DNA of 57,403 nt from an uncultured Corynebacterium sp. (GTDB taxonomy: Bacteria > Actinomycetota > Actinomycetes > Mycobacteriales > Mycobacteriaceae): the NCBI RefSeq assembly GCF_943914015.1, contig NZ_CALUAK010000002.1:1-57403 (forward strand), written 5' to 3'. The notes under the pieces are model-generated. The model was not told the DNA's origin, did not search any database, and worked only from the letters and a program-made list of their open reading frames with translations. Shown piece after piece: positions 9,201 to 19,244 of the stretch. The position numbers were made by a program, and so were the translations under genes. Within the stretch, counting starts at the first letter, position 1. Each line of letters begins with the position of its first letter.

Positions 9201-11279
9201 TTATTCGGTCAACCCCGTGATCTGATTGACGAGCCAGGCAGCGTCTTCACGGGAGCGTCGAATAGCGTCGTAGCGACCAGACACCCCACCGTGACCGGCG
9301 ACCATCTCCGTGCGAAGAAGGAACTCCCCCGAGGTCGCCACGTCGCGGAGCTTCGCAATCCACTTCGCCGGCTCCACATAAAGGACGCGGGTGTCATTGA
9401 GGGATGTCGTCGCCAAAATATTCGGGTACGGCTTCGCCTCCACATTCTCATACGGCGCGTAACTTGCCATGTAGTCGTACACTTCTGCTTCGTGGTACGG
9501 GTCGCCCCACTCATCCCACTCCGTCACCGTTAACGGCAACTCCGGTTTCAGCATCGACGTCAACGGATCCACAAACGGCACATCCGCACGAATCGCCTTA
9601 AACCGATCCCCACCCATATTCGCTACCGCGCCCATGAGCAGGCCGCCCGCACTGCCACCCGAGGCGCCGAGCATCGCAGGCGTGGTGTAGCCATGGGCAA
9701 TCAAATAATCCGCGACCGTGATGAAATCCTCGAAGGTGTGCTTCTTGTTCAGGCCCTTGCCGTCGTCGTACCAGGACCTGCCCATTTCGCCGCCGCCGCG
9801 AACATGCACCTCCACGAAGCGGATTCCCCTATCTAGCAGGGAAACTCTTGCAGAACTGAACTGGGGTCCACCACTAAACTCGTAGGCCCCGTAGCCCGTC
9901 ATGTGCGTCGGGTACGGGACATCCGGGTCGAGATCGTGGCGCTGCACGATGGAAACGGGGATGTTTTTGCCGTCGGGGGTGGGCACCCACAAGCGATGCG
10001 ACTCGTACTGGCTGGGGTCGTACCCCCCAAGGACCTTTTCCTGCTTGAGCAGCGTCTTCTCGTCAGTTTTGACATCCACGGCGTAGATCGCCGGCGTATT
10101 CGTGTACGTGACGTAGTAGGCGCGGAACACCGGCGACTCCCACAGGCCACCGCCGGACATCCCCGTCGAGGATAGCTCCTCGTCGCCGAGGTGCACGAGC
10201 TCCCAGTCGCCAACGCCACGCTTGATATAGCTCTTGCTCAGGCCGCTCTCCATCCTGCCCAACAGCAAAAAGTCACGGTAGGCTGCTGCCCCCGTAATCC
10301 TCGCATCGTCCGAGTGGGCCATGAGTTCCTCCCCAAACTCCAGTGGCTTGCCGACGGGCGACAGGCCACACGAGTAGTTCGGGCTCAGCTTGTTGTGAGT
10401 CACGAGCCACATGTCCTCCCCACCCACGACCGCATGCGTCAGTTCATAGTCCACGCCCTCCTCGCGGGGGCGGATGAGACGAAACTCGCCCTCCGGATCG
10501 TCGGCAGGCAAATAGTAATACTCACTCGTCAACTTCGACGAGCAGCCAATCATCACAAACTTATCCGAGACCGTCAGACCCGAACCTACCCAATACCGCT
10601 CATCCGGCTCGTGGAAGACACACACATCCTCACTACGAGGCGTACCCACCTTGTGGCGCCACACGGAATCCGGGCGCCACGCCTCATCGACCGTGTCGTA
10701 AAACAGGTAATCCTCGCCCACCCACGTGCAGCCAGACGAAATATTCTCCAACACATCGGGGAGATCCTCCCCCGTCGAAAGATCACGAATGCGGAGGGTG
10801 TAGCGCTCATTGCCCTCGAGGTCCAACGAGTAGGCGAGGTAGCGACCCGAATCCGTCACCGCCACCACACCGACAGAAAAGAACTCCTGACCTTGGGATT
10901 CCTTCTCCATATCGAAGATGACCTCTTCGCCCGGCAGCTCCGAGTCGTGCTGCACCTGCGGAGGAATCCACTCATCACCTGCAGGAACCCTGCAGAATCG
11001 GCCGTAATTCTGCCCCTTTTCAATGCGCGAAAAATACCAATAGCCCCGCCCCCTGCTCGGCAGGCTCATGTTGGTCTCATGGATGCGGCTGAGCACCTCG
11101 TCATACAGGTTTTGGGTAAGAGTGCCCAGGTGGGACATCGATTCCTCTGCGTGGGTGTTGGAGGCACGCAAAAAATCCAAGGCCTCATCTTTGTTACGCA
11201 TCCACTCGTAGTCGTCGACAAATTCGCGGCCGTGGAAGGAGCGGATGGTGGGAATTTTCTTCGCGGTAGGCATAGTCAT
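9201..11279 (-). CDS. ptrB: Oligopeptidase B (S9 family)
   Basis: DDYEWMR, HVRGGGEMG, GGSAGG nucleophile, NDTRV and AGHGG catalytic motifs. Confidence 0.95.
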   Translation of the reverse strand: MTMPTAKKIPTIRSFHGREFVDDYEWMRNKDEALDFLRASNTHAEESMSHLGTLTQNLYDEVLSRIHETNMSLPSRGRGYWYFSRIEKGQNYGRFCRVPAGDEWIPPQVQHDSELPGEEVIFDMEKESQGQEFFSVGVVAVTDSGRYLAYSLDLEGNERYTLRIRDLSTGEDLPDVLENISSGCTWVGEDYLFYDTVDEAWRPDSVWRHKVGTPRSEDVCVFHEPDERYWVGSGLTVSDKFVMIGCSSKLTSEYYYLPADDPEGEFRLIRPREEGVDYELTHAVVGGEDMWLVTHNKLSPNYSCGLSPVGKPLEFGEELMAHSDDARITGAAAYRDFLLLGRMESGLSKSYIKRGVGDWELVHLGDEELSSTGMSGGGLWESPVFRAYYVTYTNTPAIYAVDVKTDEKTLLKQEKVLGGYDPSQYESHRLWVPTPDGKNIPVSIVQRHDLDPDVPYPTHMTGYGAYEFSGGPQFSSARVSLLDRGIRFVEVHVRGGGEMGRSWYDDGKGLNKKHTFEDFITVADYLIAHGYTTPAMLGASGGSAGGLLMGAVANMGGDRFKAIRADVPFVDPLTSMLKPELPLTVTEWDEWGDPYHEAEVYDYMASYAPYENVEAKPYPNILATTSLNDTRVLYVEPAKWIAKLRDVATSGEFLLRTEMVAGHGGVSGRYDAIRRSREDAAWLVNQITGLTE

Positions 11280-11340
11280 GGCCCCTTACTCTACACGGAG
11301 AGGAAAGATGGCCTGAACAGGGTGTTTACCAAAATTTAGA

Positions 11341-11381
11341 AAAACCCCCAGGTCAGGAGGGGGAATCCTGTCCGTGGGGGT
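11341..11381 (-). terminator. Terminator-like hairpin after purC
   Basis: AAAA-CCCCCA..CAGGA/TCCTG..TGGGGG imperfect inverted repeat. Confidence 0.55.
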
Positions 11382-11394
11382 GTGAGGTGCGGTT

Positions 11395-12288
11395 TTAGGC
11401 GCAATGACCGATCCAGTCCTTGAACTTGGTGCCGGTGATGCGCTCGTAGGCCTCGATGTAGCGCTCGCGGGTGGCCTCCACGACGGAGCCGGGCAGGCTC
11501 GGCGGGTTCTCGCCGGAGGCGCGGTCCCAGCCGGAGTCGGGGCCGGTGAGCCAGTTGCGGAGGTACTGCTTGTCAAAGCTGGGCTGGACCTTGCCCTCGA
11601 CGTAGGTGTCGGCGTCCCAGTAGCGGGAGGAGTCGGGGGTGAGGACTTCGTCGGCAAGCGTGAGGGTGCCGTTGTCGTCGAGGCCGAACTCGAACTTGGT
11701 GTCGGCGACGATGACGCCCTTGGCGATGGCGATCTCGGCGCCCTGGGTGTAGAGGTCGAGGGTGGCGTCGCGAAGCTGGGTAGCCAGCTTCTCACCGAGC
11801 TTTTCGACGACCGCCTCGAAGCTGACGTTCTCGTCGTGCTCGCCGTAGTCGGCCTTCGTGGCCGGGGTGAAGATGGGTTCCGGAAGACGAGACGCCTCCT
11901 TCAGGCCGTCGGGAAGCTCAATCCCACAGACAGACCCCTTCTCCTCGTACTCGACCAGCGCAGAACCCGTGAGGTAGCCACGGGCGACACACTCGAACGG
12001 GAGCATTTTCAGCTTCTTGCACACCATCGCGCGCCCGAGAACCTCCTCGGGGATACGCTCATCGTCGATCGGACCAGCCAGGTGGTTGGGGAAATCGAGG
12101 TTATCGAAGAAGAAATTACTCATCGCGGTGAGCACGCGGCCCTTGTCCGGGATCTCCGAATCAAGGATGTAGTCGTATGCCGAGATGCGGTCGCTCGTGA
12201 CAAGCAGGAGGGTCGCGTCATCCACCTCGTAGATTTCACGCACCTTACCTGCCGAAAAATGCTCATACGCAGATAGTTCAGGTCGCAT
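11395..12288 (-). CDS. purC: SAICAR synthetase
   Basis: [47 protein letters not shown]. Confidence 0.97.
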   Translation of the reverse strand: MRPELSAYEHFSAGKVREIYEVDDATLLLVTSDRISAYDYILDSEIPDKGRVLTAMSNFFFDNLDFPNHLAGPIDDERIPEEVLGRAMVCKKLKMLPFECVARGYLTGSALVEYEEKGSVCGIELPDGLKEASRLPEPIFTPATKADYGEHDENVSFEAVVEKLGEKLATQLRDATLDLYTQGAEIAIAKGVIVADTKFEFGLDDNGTLTLADEVLTPDSSRYWDADTYVEGKVQPSFDKQYLRNWLTGPDSGWDRASGENPPSLPGSVVEATRERYIEAYERITGTKFKDWIGHCA

Positions 12289-12422
12289 GTGCTATTACTC
12301 TAGACCCATCAAAACCAATTTTCCACGCATCCACCTGCCACATGAGCGATACCGCACGCCCCACCCCACACACCTGCGACTAAGGGTTTACCCCACCACC
12401 TAGCCCAGGTAACCTATCCCCC

Positions 12423-13250
12423 ATGAAGCTCACGGCCCTCGCGCTGGCGGCAACGCTCCCCCTCACCTACTCCGTCACATTCACCCCCGACACCAACGAG
12501 CCCCTCGACGGCCAACCCCAGGAGTGGCTCTGCACCATTACACCAGAAAACCCCACCGGCCAGGCCTTCTTCTCAGAATTGGCGACAGCCCGCGCACAGC
12601 TACGCACCAACCTCCTCCACCGCTTCAGCGCCTACCGCGACACCATCGACGACCTCGATAACCGCATCACCTGGGCCGCCAAATTCGGCATCTCCGAACC
12701 AGATTCCGACATCCTCGACCGTGACACCGCCGCCATGGCGAAAATCCTCGTCCAAAACGGCTTCAAAGCATCCGAAATCGACTTCCTTTTCTCCACAGTC
12801 CCCCCAGCTAGCACCACGATTCCTCTCGGTGTGGTGGAGGACGTGGCCGTCGGGGCAACCTACACGGGGGAGGCGGCCGCACGTGTTGATGCCGACACGC
12901 TCGCCGCAGAATTCGAGGAGGCACTGGCGCAGGAATCTTTCCTGGTGCCGCAAGACGCGTCGGAGGCGTTGAAGGAGGAAGCGGGGCGCGTCGACAAGCG
13001 AGTGCGGGAGGAAGCGGGGAGGGTGAGGTTTGATGCCCCCTCCTACCACGAAGCGCTTTCGGTGTGTGAGCAGGGCATTGGTGCGAGAAAAGGGGTGAGT
13101 GCGGGGTCAGTTATGAGGGAGCCGAGCGGGGCGGAGTATCGGCCGGTGGAGATTTTTGGGATTGTTTTGGGTGCGGTGGGTCTCGCGGGGGTGGTTGCGT
13201 GGCTGTACACTATGGCCAAACACTTCGACGTGAGGAGGATCCTTCCATGA
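12423..13250 (+). CDS. Hypothetical secreted/surface protein with C-terminal TM anchor
   Basis: Signal-like MKLTALALAATL; two Cys; C-terminal IFGIVLGAVGLAGVVAWLY; TAACCT-7nt-ATG leaderless signature. Confidence 0.75.
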   Translation: MKLTALALAATLPLTYSVTFTPDTNEPLDGQPQEWLCTITPENPTGQAFFSELATARAQLRTNLLHRFSAYRDTIDDLDNRITWAAKFGISEPDSDILDRDTAAMAKILVQNGFKASEIDFLFSTVPPASTTIPLGVVEDVAVGATYTGEAAARVDADTLAAEFEEALAQESFLVPQDASEALKEEAGRVDKRVREEAGRVRFDAPSYHEALSVCEQGIGARKGVSAGSVMREPSGAEYRPVEIFGIVLGAVGLAGVVAWLYTMAKHFDVRRILP

Positions 13251-13600
13251 AACTGGCAACGCTTGCGGTGAGCGGCATGGTCATTTGTTCGACGCTTGTG
13301 GCTCCGGCGACGGCTGGCGCGGATGTCCAGGTCACGGTGGGGGAAAATTCGGAGCTCAAGGGGGACACGGCGGCGGAGGATTTCACGGGTCCGGCGCAGC
13401 GTCGTCCGTTGCAGACGGCGGAGGCGTCGTCCACGGCTGATGGGTCGGTGGGGAACCTGTTGAAGCTTGTGGGGCTGCAGTTTTCGACATCGACGCCGAC
13501 GGAGATCGCCCGGATTGTGACGTTTGTGGCGGGGATTGTGACGCAGATTGCGCTTGTTGTGGGCAAGATGGCGGAGCAGGAGAAGGAGCCCGCCGAGTAG
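13247..13600 (+). CDS. Hypothetical secreted protein with C-terminal hydrophobic helix
   Basis: ATGA overlap with the previous gene; AGGAGG RBS; MKLATLAVSG...ATAGA signal peptide. Confidence 0.7.
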   Translation: MKLATLAVSGMVICSTLVAPATAGADVQVTVGENSELKGDTAAEDFTGPAQRRPLQTAEASSTADGSVGNLLKLVGLQFSTSTPTEIARIVTFVAGIVTQIALVVGKMAEQEKEPAE

Positions 13601-13612
13601 CTGCTTGGACGC

Positions 13613-13650
13613 GAAAAAGGCTGTGACCATCGCTGGTCACAGCCTTTTTC
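13613..13650. terminator. Bidirectional terminator between convergent genes
   Basis: GAAAAAGGCTGTGACCA-tcgc-TGGTCACAGCCTTTTTC perfect inverted repeat. Confidence 0.9.
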
Positions 13651-13657
13651 TTCTTCG

Positions 13658-15085
13658 TTAGAGGATGTCTCCCGGCATGTAGTTCGCAGCATCCGGGTGT
13701 GCCTCGACGAGGGCGTTGACCTGGTCGACGACGCGGGCGATTTGGGAGCCGGCGGCGCCGATGAAGGCGTGCTTGTCGGCGAGGGCGGCGTCGAGGGCGG
13801 CGCGGTCGAGAGGGAGGCGGGGATCGTCGGCAAGCCTGTCGATGAGGTCCTGCTCACCGCCGTTTTCGCGCATGTTGAGGGCGACGGCGACGGCGTTTTC
13901 CTTGATCACCTCGTGGGCGGTTTCGCGGCCGACGCCGGCGCGGACGGCGGCCATGAGGATCCTCGTCGTGGCGAGGAACGGGAGGTAGCGCTCGAGCTCG
14001 CGGTTGATCATCGCGGGGAAGGCACCGAACTCCTTCAGGACGGTGAGGAAGGTTTCGAACTGGCCGTCGATGGCGAAGAAGGCGTCGGGAAGCGCAACGC
14101 GGCGGACGACGGAGCAGAACACATCGCCCTCGTTCCACTGCTGGCCGGCGAGGTCAGCAACCATCGTGTTGTAGCCGCGGAGGATGACCTGGAAGCCGCA
14201 GACGCGCTCGCAGGAGCGGGCGTTCATCTTGTGGGGCATCGCCGACGAGCCGACCTGGCCCTTCTTGAAGCCCTCCGTCACCGTCTCGTTGCCCGCCATG
14301 AGGCGGATGGTGTGGGCGAAGCTGGACGGGCCCGCACCGAGCTGTACGAGGGTAGAGACCACATCGAGGTCGAGGGACCGGGGGTACACCTGGCCGACCG
14401 AGTCGAGCACCCGGGAAATCCCCAGGTGGGAAGCAATGCGGGACTCGAGCTCCGCGAGCTTCTTCTCGTCGCCGCCCATAAGGTCAAGCATGTCCTGGGA
14501 CGTGCCCATCGGGCCCTTGATCCCCCGGAGCGGATAGCGGTCCAACAGGTTGTTCAGCTTTTCGACGGCCACAAGCATCTCGTCGGCAGCCGACGCAAAC
14601 CGCTTCCCCAACGTGGTGGCCTGCGCCGCCACGTTGTGGGACCGACCAGCCATGACCAGCCCCTGGTACTCCGTCGCCTTCTCCGCCAGGCGGGCAAGAA
14701 CAGTAACAGCCTTGTCGCGGATGAGCGTCATCGACTGGTACATCTGCACCTGCTCCACATTCTCCGTCAGATCACGCGACGTCATCCCCTTATGAATGTG
14801 CTCATAGCCAGCCAGCGCATTGAACTCCTCAATGCGGGCCTTCACATCGTGGCGGGTAACCTTCTCCCGCTCCGCGATCGACTCCAGGTCCACCTCATCC
14901 ACGTGGGCCTCATAGGCCGCAATGGCCCCGTCGGGAATGTCCACGCCCAAGTCCTTCTGCGCCTTCATCACGGCGATCCAGAGCTGGCGCTCCATCTTAA
15001 TCTTCGCATCCGCACTCCACAGATCCTTCATCTTCTGGGAGGCGTACCTGCTAGCTAACACATTTGGGATACTCACAGCGCTCAT
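13658..15085 (-). CDS. purB: Adenylosuccinate lyase
   Basis: TRHDVKA, HKGMTSRD, GSSAMPHKMN signature. Confidence 0.97.
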   Translation of the reverse strand: MSAVSIPNVLASRYASQKMKDLWSADAKIKMERQLWIAVMKAQKDLGVDIPDGAIAAYEAHVDEVDLESIAEREKVTRHDVKARIEEFNALAGYEHIHKGMTSRDLTENVEQVQMYQSMTLIRDKAVTVLARLAEKATEYQGLVMAGRSHNVAAQATTLGKRFASAADEMLVAVEKLNNLLDRYPLRGIKGPMGTSQDMLDLMGGDEKKLAELESRIASHLGISRVLDSVGQVYPRSLDLDVVSTLVQLGAGPSSFAHTIRLMAGNETVTEGFKKGQVGSSAMPHKMNARSCERVCGFQVILRGYNTMVADLAGQQWNEGDVFCSVVRRVALPDAFFAIDGQFETFLTVLKEFGAFPAMINRELERYLPFLATTRILMAAVRAGVGRETAHEVIKENAVAVALNMRENGGEQDLIDRLADDPRLPLDRAALDAALADKHAFIGAAGSQIARVVDQVNALVEAHPDAANYMPGDIL

Positions 15086-16305
15086 TATTGCACGCTCAAC
15101 TTTCCCTCGGCGGCCTTCAGCCCAATATCCCGCCGATAATGGCTCCCCCGCAGCTCAATCCGCGAAATCTGCTCGTAGGCTGCCGTCCGCGCCTCCTCCA
15201 GGCTCTCCCCCAGCCCCACGACGGACAGGACGCGACCACCGGCGGAGACAAGCTGGCCATCCTTCACGGCGGTGCCGGCGTGCAGCGCGCCCTCCGCACC
15301 CGTGATGACATCGCCCTTCACCGGGTTTTGCGGGTAGCCCTCGGCCGCGAGCACGACGGTGACGGCGTAGCCGGGCTTCCAGGAGATAGGCCCCATCCCC
15401 ACCAAGCGGTTTTGTGCCGTGGCCAGGAGGTATTCGCTCAAATTGGAATCGAAGAGGGCGAGGATGGATTGGGTCTCCGGGTCACCGAAGCGGCAGTTGA
15501 ACTCGACTACGGCGGGGCCTTTCTTCCCCCAGGCTAGGCCCGCGTACAGGAGGCCGCTGTAGGAGTCACCCTGGGCGACCATTTGCTTGGCGACGGGCCG
15601 GACCACCTCGTTGACGATGTGGTCAACGTTTTCCCTACTCACCCACGGCAGGGGCGCGTAGGCGCCCATGCCACCGGTGTTCGGACCCTCGTCATTCTCC
15701 CCCACGCGCTTGTGATCCTGGGCGGGCAGGAGGGGCACAACGGTTTCGCCGTCGACCAGGCAGAATAGTGAAATTTCTGGGCCGTCGAGGAAGCTTTCCA
15801 CGAGGACTGGGTTGCCAGAGGCGATGACGTCGCGGGCGTGAGCGGTGGCGGCAGCGAGGTCCTCGGTGACGACAACACCCTTGCCGGCGGCGAGGCCGTC
15901 GTCCTTGACGACGTAGGGGGCGTCGAAGTGGCTGAGGACCTCATCGATCTGGGAGGCGTCGGTAATCTGCTCGGCGCGTGCGGTGGCCACCCCAGCCTTA
16001 GCCATAACGTCCTTGGCGAAGGCCTTGGAGCCTTCGATGCGGGCGGCGGACTTGGAGGGGCCGAAGACGTCGAAGCCCTCGGCGCGGAGGACGTCGGCAA
16101 GCCCCTCGACGAGCGGAACCTCGGGGCCGACGACAACCAAATCTGGAGTAATGTCCCTGCACAGGTCCACAAAGTTCTCCGTGGGGTGGCAGGTGGCGGC
16201 GGTCATGCCGGGGTTGCCGGGGGCGACGTGGACATCATTTCCGGGGGCGAGGGCGTTAACAAGGGCGTGTTCGCGGGCGCCCGATCCGATTACCAAAATA
16301 CGCAT
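15085..16305 (-). CDS. purD: Phosphoribosylamine-glycine ligase
   Basis: [15 protein letters not shown] start at 16305; [37 protein letters not shown]. Confidence 0.96.
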   Translation of the reverse strand: MRILVIGSGAREHALVNALAPGNDVHVAPGNPGMTAATCHPTENFVDLCRDITPDLVVVGPEVPLVEGLADVLRAEGFDVFGPSKSAARIEGSKAFAKDVMAKAGVATARAEQITDASQIDEVLSHFDAPYVVKDDGLAAGKGVVVTEDLAAATAHARDVIASGNPVLVESFLDGPEISLFCLVDGETVVPLLPAQDHKRVGENDEGPNTGGMGAYAPLPWVSRENVDHIVNEVVRPVAKQMVAQGDSYSGLLYAGLAWGKKGPAVVEFNCRFGDPETQSILALFDSNLSEYLLATAQNRLVGMGPISWKPGYAVTVVLAAEGYPQNPVKGDVITGAEGALHAGTAVKDGQLVSAGGRVLSVVGLGESLEEARTAAYEQISRIELRGSHYRRDIGLKAAEGKLSVQ

Positions 16306-16332
16306 GGGCCTAAGCGTACTAGGATTTAAACC

Positions 16333-16731
16333 ATGAGCAGCATTTTTTCTAAGATTATCGCCGGGGAGATTCCCGGTCGTTTTGTGTACAGGGATGATTC
16401 CGTCGTCGCGTTTTTGGACGTGGCACCGCAGCAAAAAGGCCACACGCTGGTGGTTCCGGTGAAGGAGGTCAATAAGTGGACCGACTTGGATCCCGAGACG
16501 TGGCAGCACCTGACCGAGGTGGCGCAGAAGGTGGGCAAAGCGGTCATCGAGGTGTTTGGGTCTGAGCGGGCGAGCTTCATTATCGCCGGCTTTGATGTGC
16601 CACACACGCACATTCACGTGTTCCCCGCTAACGATATGACCGGCTACAACCTTGGGAACAAGGTGGAGGTCACCGACGAGGAGCAGGATGAGATTGCGGA
16701 GAGGCTGTCGGCGTGCATAAAGCGTTTGTAA
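16333..16731 (+). CDS. HIT family hydrolase
   Basis: IFSKII, GHTLVVP, histidine triad VPHTHIHV. Confidence 0.93.
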   Translation: MSSIFSKIIAGEIPGRFVYRDDSVVAFLDVAPQQKGHTLVVPVKEVNKWTDLDPETWQHLTEVAQKVGKAVIEVFGSERASFIIAGFDVPHTHIHVFPANDMTGYNLGNKVEVTDEEQDEIAERLSACIKRL

Positions 16732-16973
16732 ACGATACGGAATACGAGTTCGACTGGCCGAAGGATACGGTGCTTTTGGAGGCGATGGAGGCGTCGGGAA
16801 TTCCGGCGAACTACTCGTGCCGCCAGGGCGAGTGTGGCTCGTGCCAGGTGTATATCGAGGGTGGGGCCTCGCACATGCGGCCCCACGAGTACCAGCCCGA
16901 CGAGGGGATCACGCTGGCGTGCCAGACGCTGCGTGATGACGACGGGCCGTTTGAGGTGGAGAGCGTCTTTTAG
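16713..16973 (+). CDS. Small 2Fe-2S ferredoxin
   Basis: [11 protein letters not shown]...LACQ (C-X4-C-X2-C...C) motif. Confidence 0.8.
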   Translation: MHKAFVNDTEYEFDWPKDTVLLEAMEASGIPANYSCRQGECGSCQVYIEGGASHMRPHEYQPDEGITLACQTLRDDDGPFEVESVF

Positions 16974-18355
16974 GCAGACTCTTCGTCGATAAGCCGGGGG
17001 AGCCGGACGGTGAACGTTGAGCCCACGCCCTTTGTTGAGGTAACCGAGAGGGTACCTCCGTGGGCCTCGACGAGCGACTTGGCGATGGACAGCCCGAGAC
17101 CCGAGCCGCCCGACTGGCGGGAGCGGGACTCGTCCGTGCGGTAGAAGCGGTCGAAGATGTGCTCGAGATCCTCGGCGGCCATGCCCTGGCCGTTGTCGCG
17201 CACGTCAATGATGACATCTGATTCGTCGGCGGTGGGCAGAACGCCGACGTCCTTGCCACCGTGGACGAGCCCGTTGACCATGAGGTTGGTGAAGACGCGG
17301 CGGATCTTTTCCTCGTCGGCAAGGACGTAGAGGGGTTCGGATTCACCGACGGTGATCTCGCGGTCCGGGTAGGCCACACGCAGCGAGGTGCCGAGCGACT
17401 CGATCATCTCCATGAGGTCCACCTTCTGCTTGTCCAGCGGGTTGCCCTCGGCGCGTGTGAGGGCGAGGAGGTCCTCCACCAGCGTGGTCATGCGGCCGGC
17501 CTCCTCCTGGATCTTGGACAGGACCCAATCGGCATCGTCGGTGGCGCCGGCCTTGTACAGCTCGGCGAAGCCCTTGACACTGGTCAGCGGGGTGCGGAGC
17601 TCGTGGGAGGCGTCGCCAACAAACTGGCGCATCTCCTTTTCCTGCCGGTGCGATTTCTGCAGCGATGCCTGCAGCTGCTCGAGCATGGTGTTGATGGCGC
17701 GCGACAGCTTGCCCACCTCGGTTGTTTCCGGCCAGGCGGGCACGCGCCGGTTCATGTCCCCATCGGTAATCGCCTGCGCCACGGACTCCACCGTGCGCAG
17801 TGGTCGAAGTGCCCGGTAGATGACGAGGATGGCAATGAGCGCGACGAGGAGGAGGGCGCTCAGACCGATGCTTGCCTGCGTCTTGATGAGGTTTTTCACC
17901 GTCGACTGCTCTTCCTCCAGAGACTGGGCGACAACCGTCGTCGTCCCGCCGTTGGTGACGGCGAGGACGCGCCAATACGCTGAAGAATCCGAACCGGGGG
18001 CCGGCACGGCCGTGTAGGGCTGGCCGTTGGCGATGATCGTGGAGAGATCGGGTGCGGAATCGCGGTCGTTCATCACCACCGAGCTGCCGTCGGGAAGCTG
18101 GCGGTGGACGTAGAAGTTTGACGGGGGGCGGGTGTGCACGAGCGGTTCATCCGTGGGGTACACATCGCGGGCCCAGCTGTTGATGGCCTCTTCGAGGCGC
18201 TCGTCGACACGCGAATAGGTGAAATCCCGCATGATAGCGGTCACCACAATCCCCGTGCCGCCGATCGCGGCGATGGCCAACGCCAATACAAGGATCACCA
18301 GCGACGCGTTGAGAGAAATACGCGACGTGGGATCCTTTGCTCGTGGAACACGCAT
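16970..18355 (-). CDS. phoS: Sensor histidine kinase (PhoS/PhoR type)
   Basis: Two TM helices, HAMP, DASHELRTPL H-box, N/G boxes; directly downstream of the response regulator. Confidence 0.88.
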   Translation of the reverse strand: MRVPRAKDPTSRISLNASLVILVLALAIAAIGGTGIVVTAIMRDFTYSRVDERLEEAINSWARDVYPTDEPLVHTRPPSNFYVHRQLPDGSSVVMNDRDSAPDLSTIIANGQPYTAVPAPGSDSSAYWRVLAVTNGGTTTVVAQSLEEEQSTVKNLIKTQASIGLSALLLVALIAILVIYRALRPLRTVESVAQAITDGDMNRRVPAWPETTEVGKLSRAINTMLEQLQASLQKSHRQEKEMRQFVGDASHELRTPLTSVKGFAELYKAGATDDADWVLSKIQEEAGRMTTLVEDLLALTRAEGNPLDKQKVDLMEMIESLGTSLRVAYPDREITVGESEPLYVLADEEKIRRVFTNLMVNGLVHGGKDVGVLPTADESDVIIDVRDNGQGMAAEDLEHIFDRFYRTDESRSRQSGGSGLGLSIAKSLVEAHGGTLSVTSTKGVGSTFTVRLPRLIDEESA

Positions 18356-18361
18356 CGACGG

Positions 18362-19063
18362 TTACTTGCGCGGCTGACGCAGAACGTAGCCCACGCCACG
18401 CACCGTCTGAATAAGCTGTGGCTCCTGCGTATCGATCTTGCGGCGCAGGTAAGAAATGTAGCTTTCCACCACGTTTCCATCGCCACCGAAATCGTAGTGC
18501 CACACGTTGTCCAAAATCTTCGCCTTGGACACGACGACCTCAGCGTTCAGCATGAGGTAACGCAGCAGGTTGAACTCCGTGGGAGACAGATCCACAATCG
18601 TGCCCGCCTTGGTCACCTCGTGGGTCTCGTCGTTAAGAGTGAGGTCAGCATACGTCAGCACACCGCTCGACTCTTCCTCTTCCTCCACCTTGCCGCGGCG
18701 CAGGATAACGCGCAGGCGCGTAATAACCTCCTCCAGGGAGAACGGCTTCACCACATAATCGTCTGCACCAATCGTCAGACCGTGGATCTTATCCTCCACC
18801 GCGTCCTTGGCCGTAAGGAACAGCACGGGGCCGTCCTGGCCCGACTCGCGCAGCTTGCTCAGCAGCTCGAAGCCATCCATGCCGGGCATCATGACGTCGA
18901 GAATGAAGGCGTCCGGGCGCTCCTCCTCGGCAATCTTCAGCGCCTCCTCGCCGCCGCTAGCCGTCACGACGTCAAAGCCCTGGAAACGCAGGGAAACCTG
19001 CAGGAGCTCGACAATATTCGGCTCGTCGTCAACAACTAGAACTTTCGTTTGTGCATCAGTCAT
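18362..19063 (-). CDS. phoR: OmpR-family response regulator (PhoR/PhoP type)
   Basis: VLVVDDE, ILDVMMP, ADDYVVKPF, VWHYDFGGDGNVVESYISYLRRK; start MTDAQTK at 19063. Confidence 0.9.
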   Translation of the reverse strand: MTDAQTKVLVVDDEPNIVELLQVSLRFQGFDVVTASGGEEALKIAEEERPDAFILDVMMPGMDGFELLSKLRESGQDGPVLFLTAKDAVEDKIHGLTIGADDYVVKPFSLEEVITRLRVILRRGKVEEEEESSGVLTYADLTLNDETHEVTKAGTIVDLSPTEFNLLRYLMLNAEVVVSKAKILDNVWHYDFGGDGNVVESYISYLRRKIDTQEPQLIQTVRGVGYVLRQPRK

Positions 19064-19205
19064 AGATTCTATTGTTCCATTATTTTCTCCCGGATGCCTT
19101 AAAGGGTAGTGGACATTCCCTCCCCCCACGGAGAGGATTTGCCCGGTGATCTGGGAGGGAGCGTAAAAAATGGGCGGGCTTTGCTGGAAGGAATCGTCGA
19201 AAAGC

Positions 19206-19233
19206 AAAAAAGGCCGGCACCGAAGTGCCGGCC
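19206..19233 (-). terminator. Terminator after pqo
   Basis: GGCCGGCAC-cgaa-GTGCCGGCC with an A-tract on the plus strand. Confidence 0.85.
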
Positions 19234-19244
19234 GGGAGCAGAAC

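Noticed and set aside
15085..16617. 510-aa PurD, and similarly extended PhoR (319 aa), IspD (328 aa), MutY (410 aa) and iron ATPase (546 aa)
   Set aside because: The extensions overlap neighbouring genes; canonical N-termini lie downstream
19080..19110. PhoR autoregulatory direct repeat upstream of phoR
   Set aside because: Only a weak match to CCTGTGAA-N3-CCTGTGAA; not supportable
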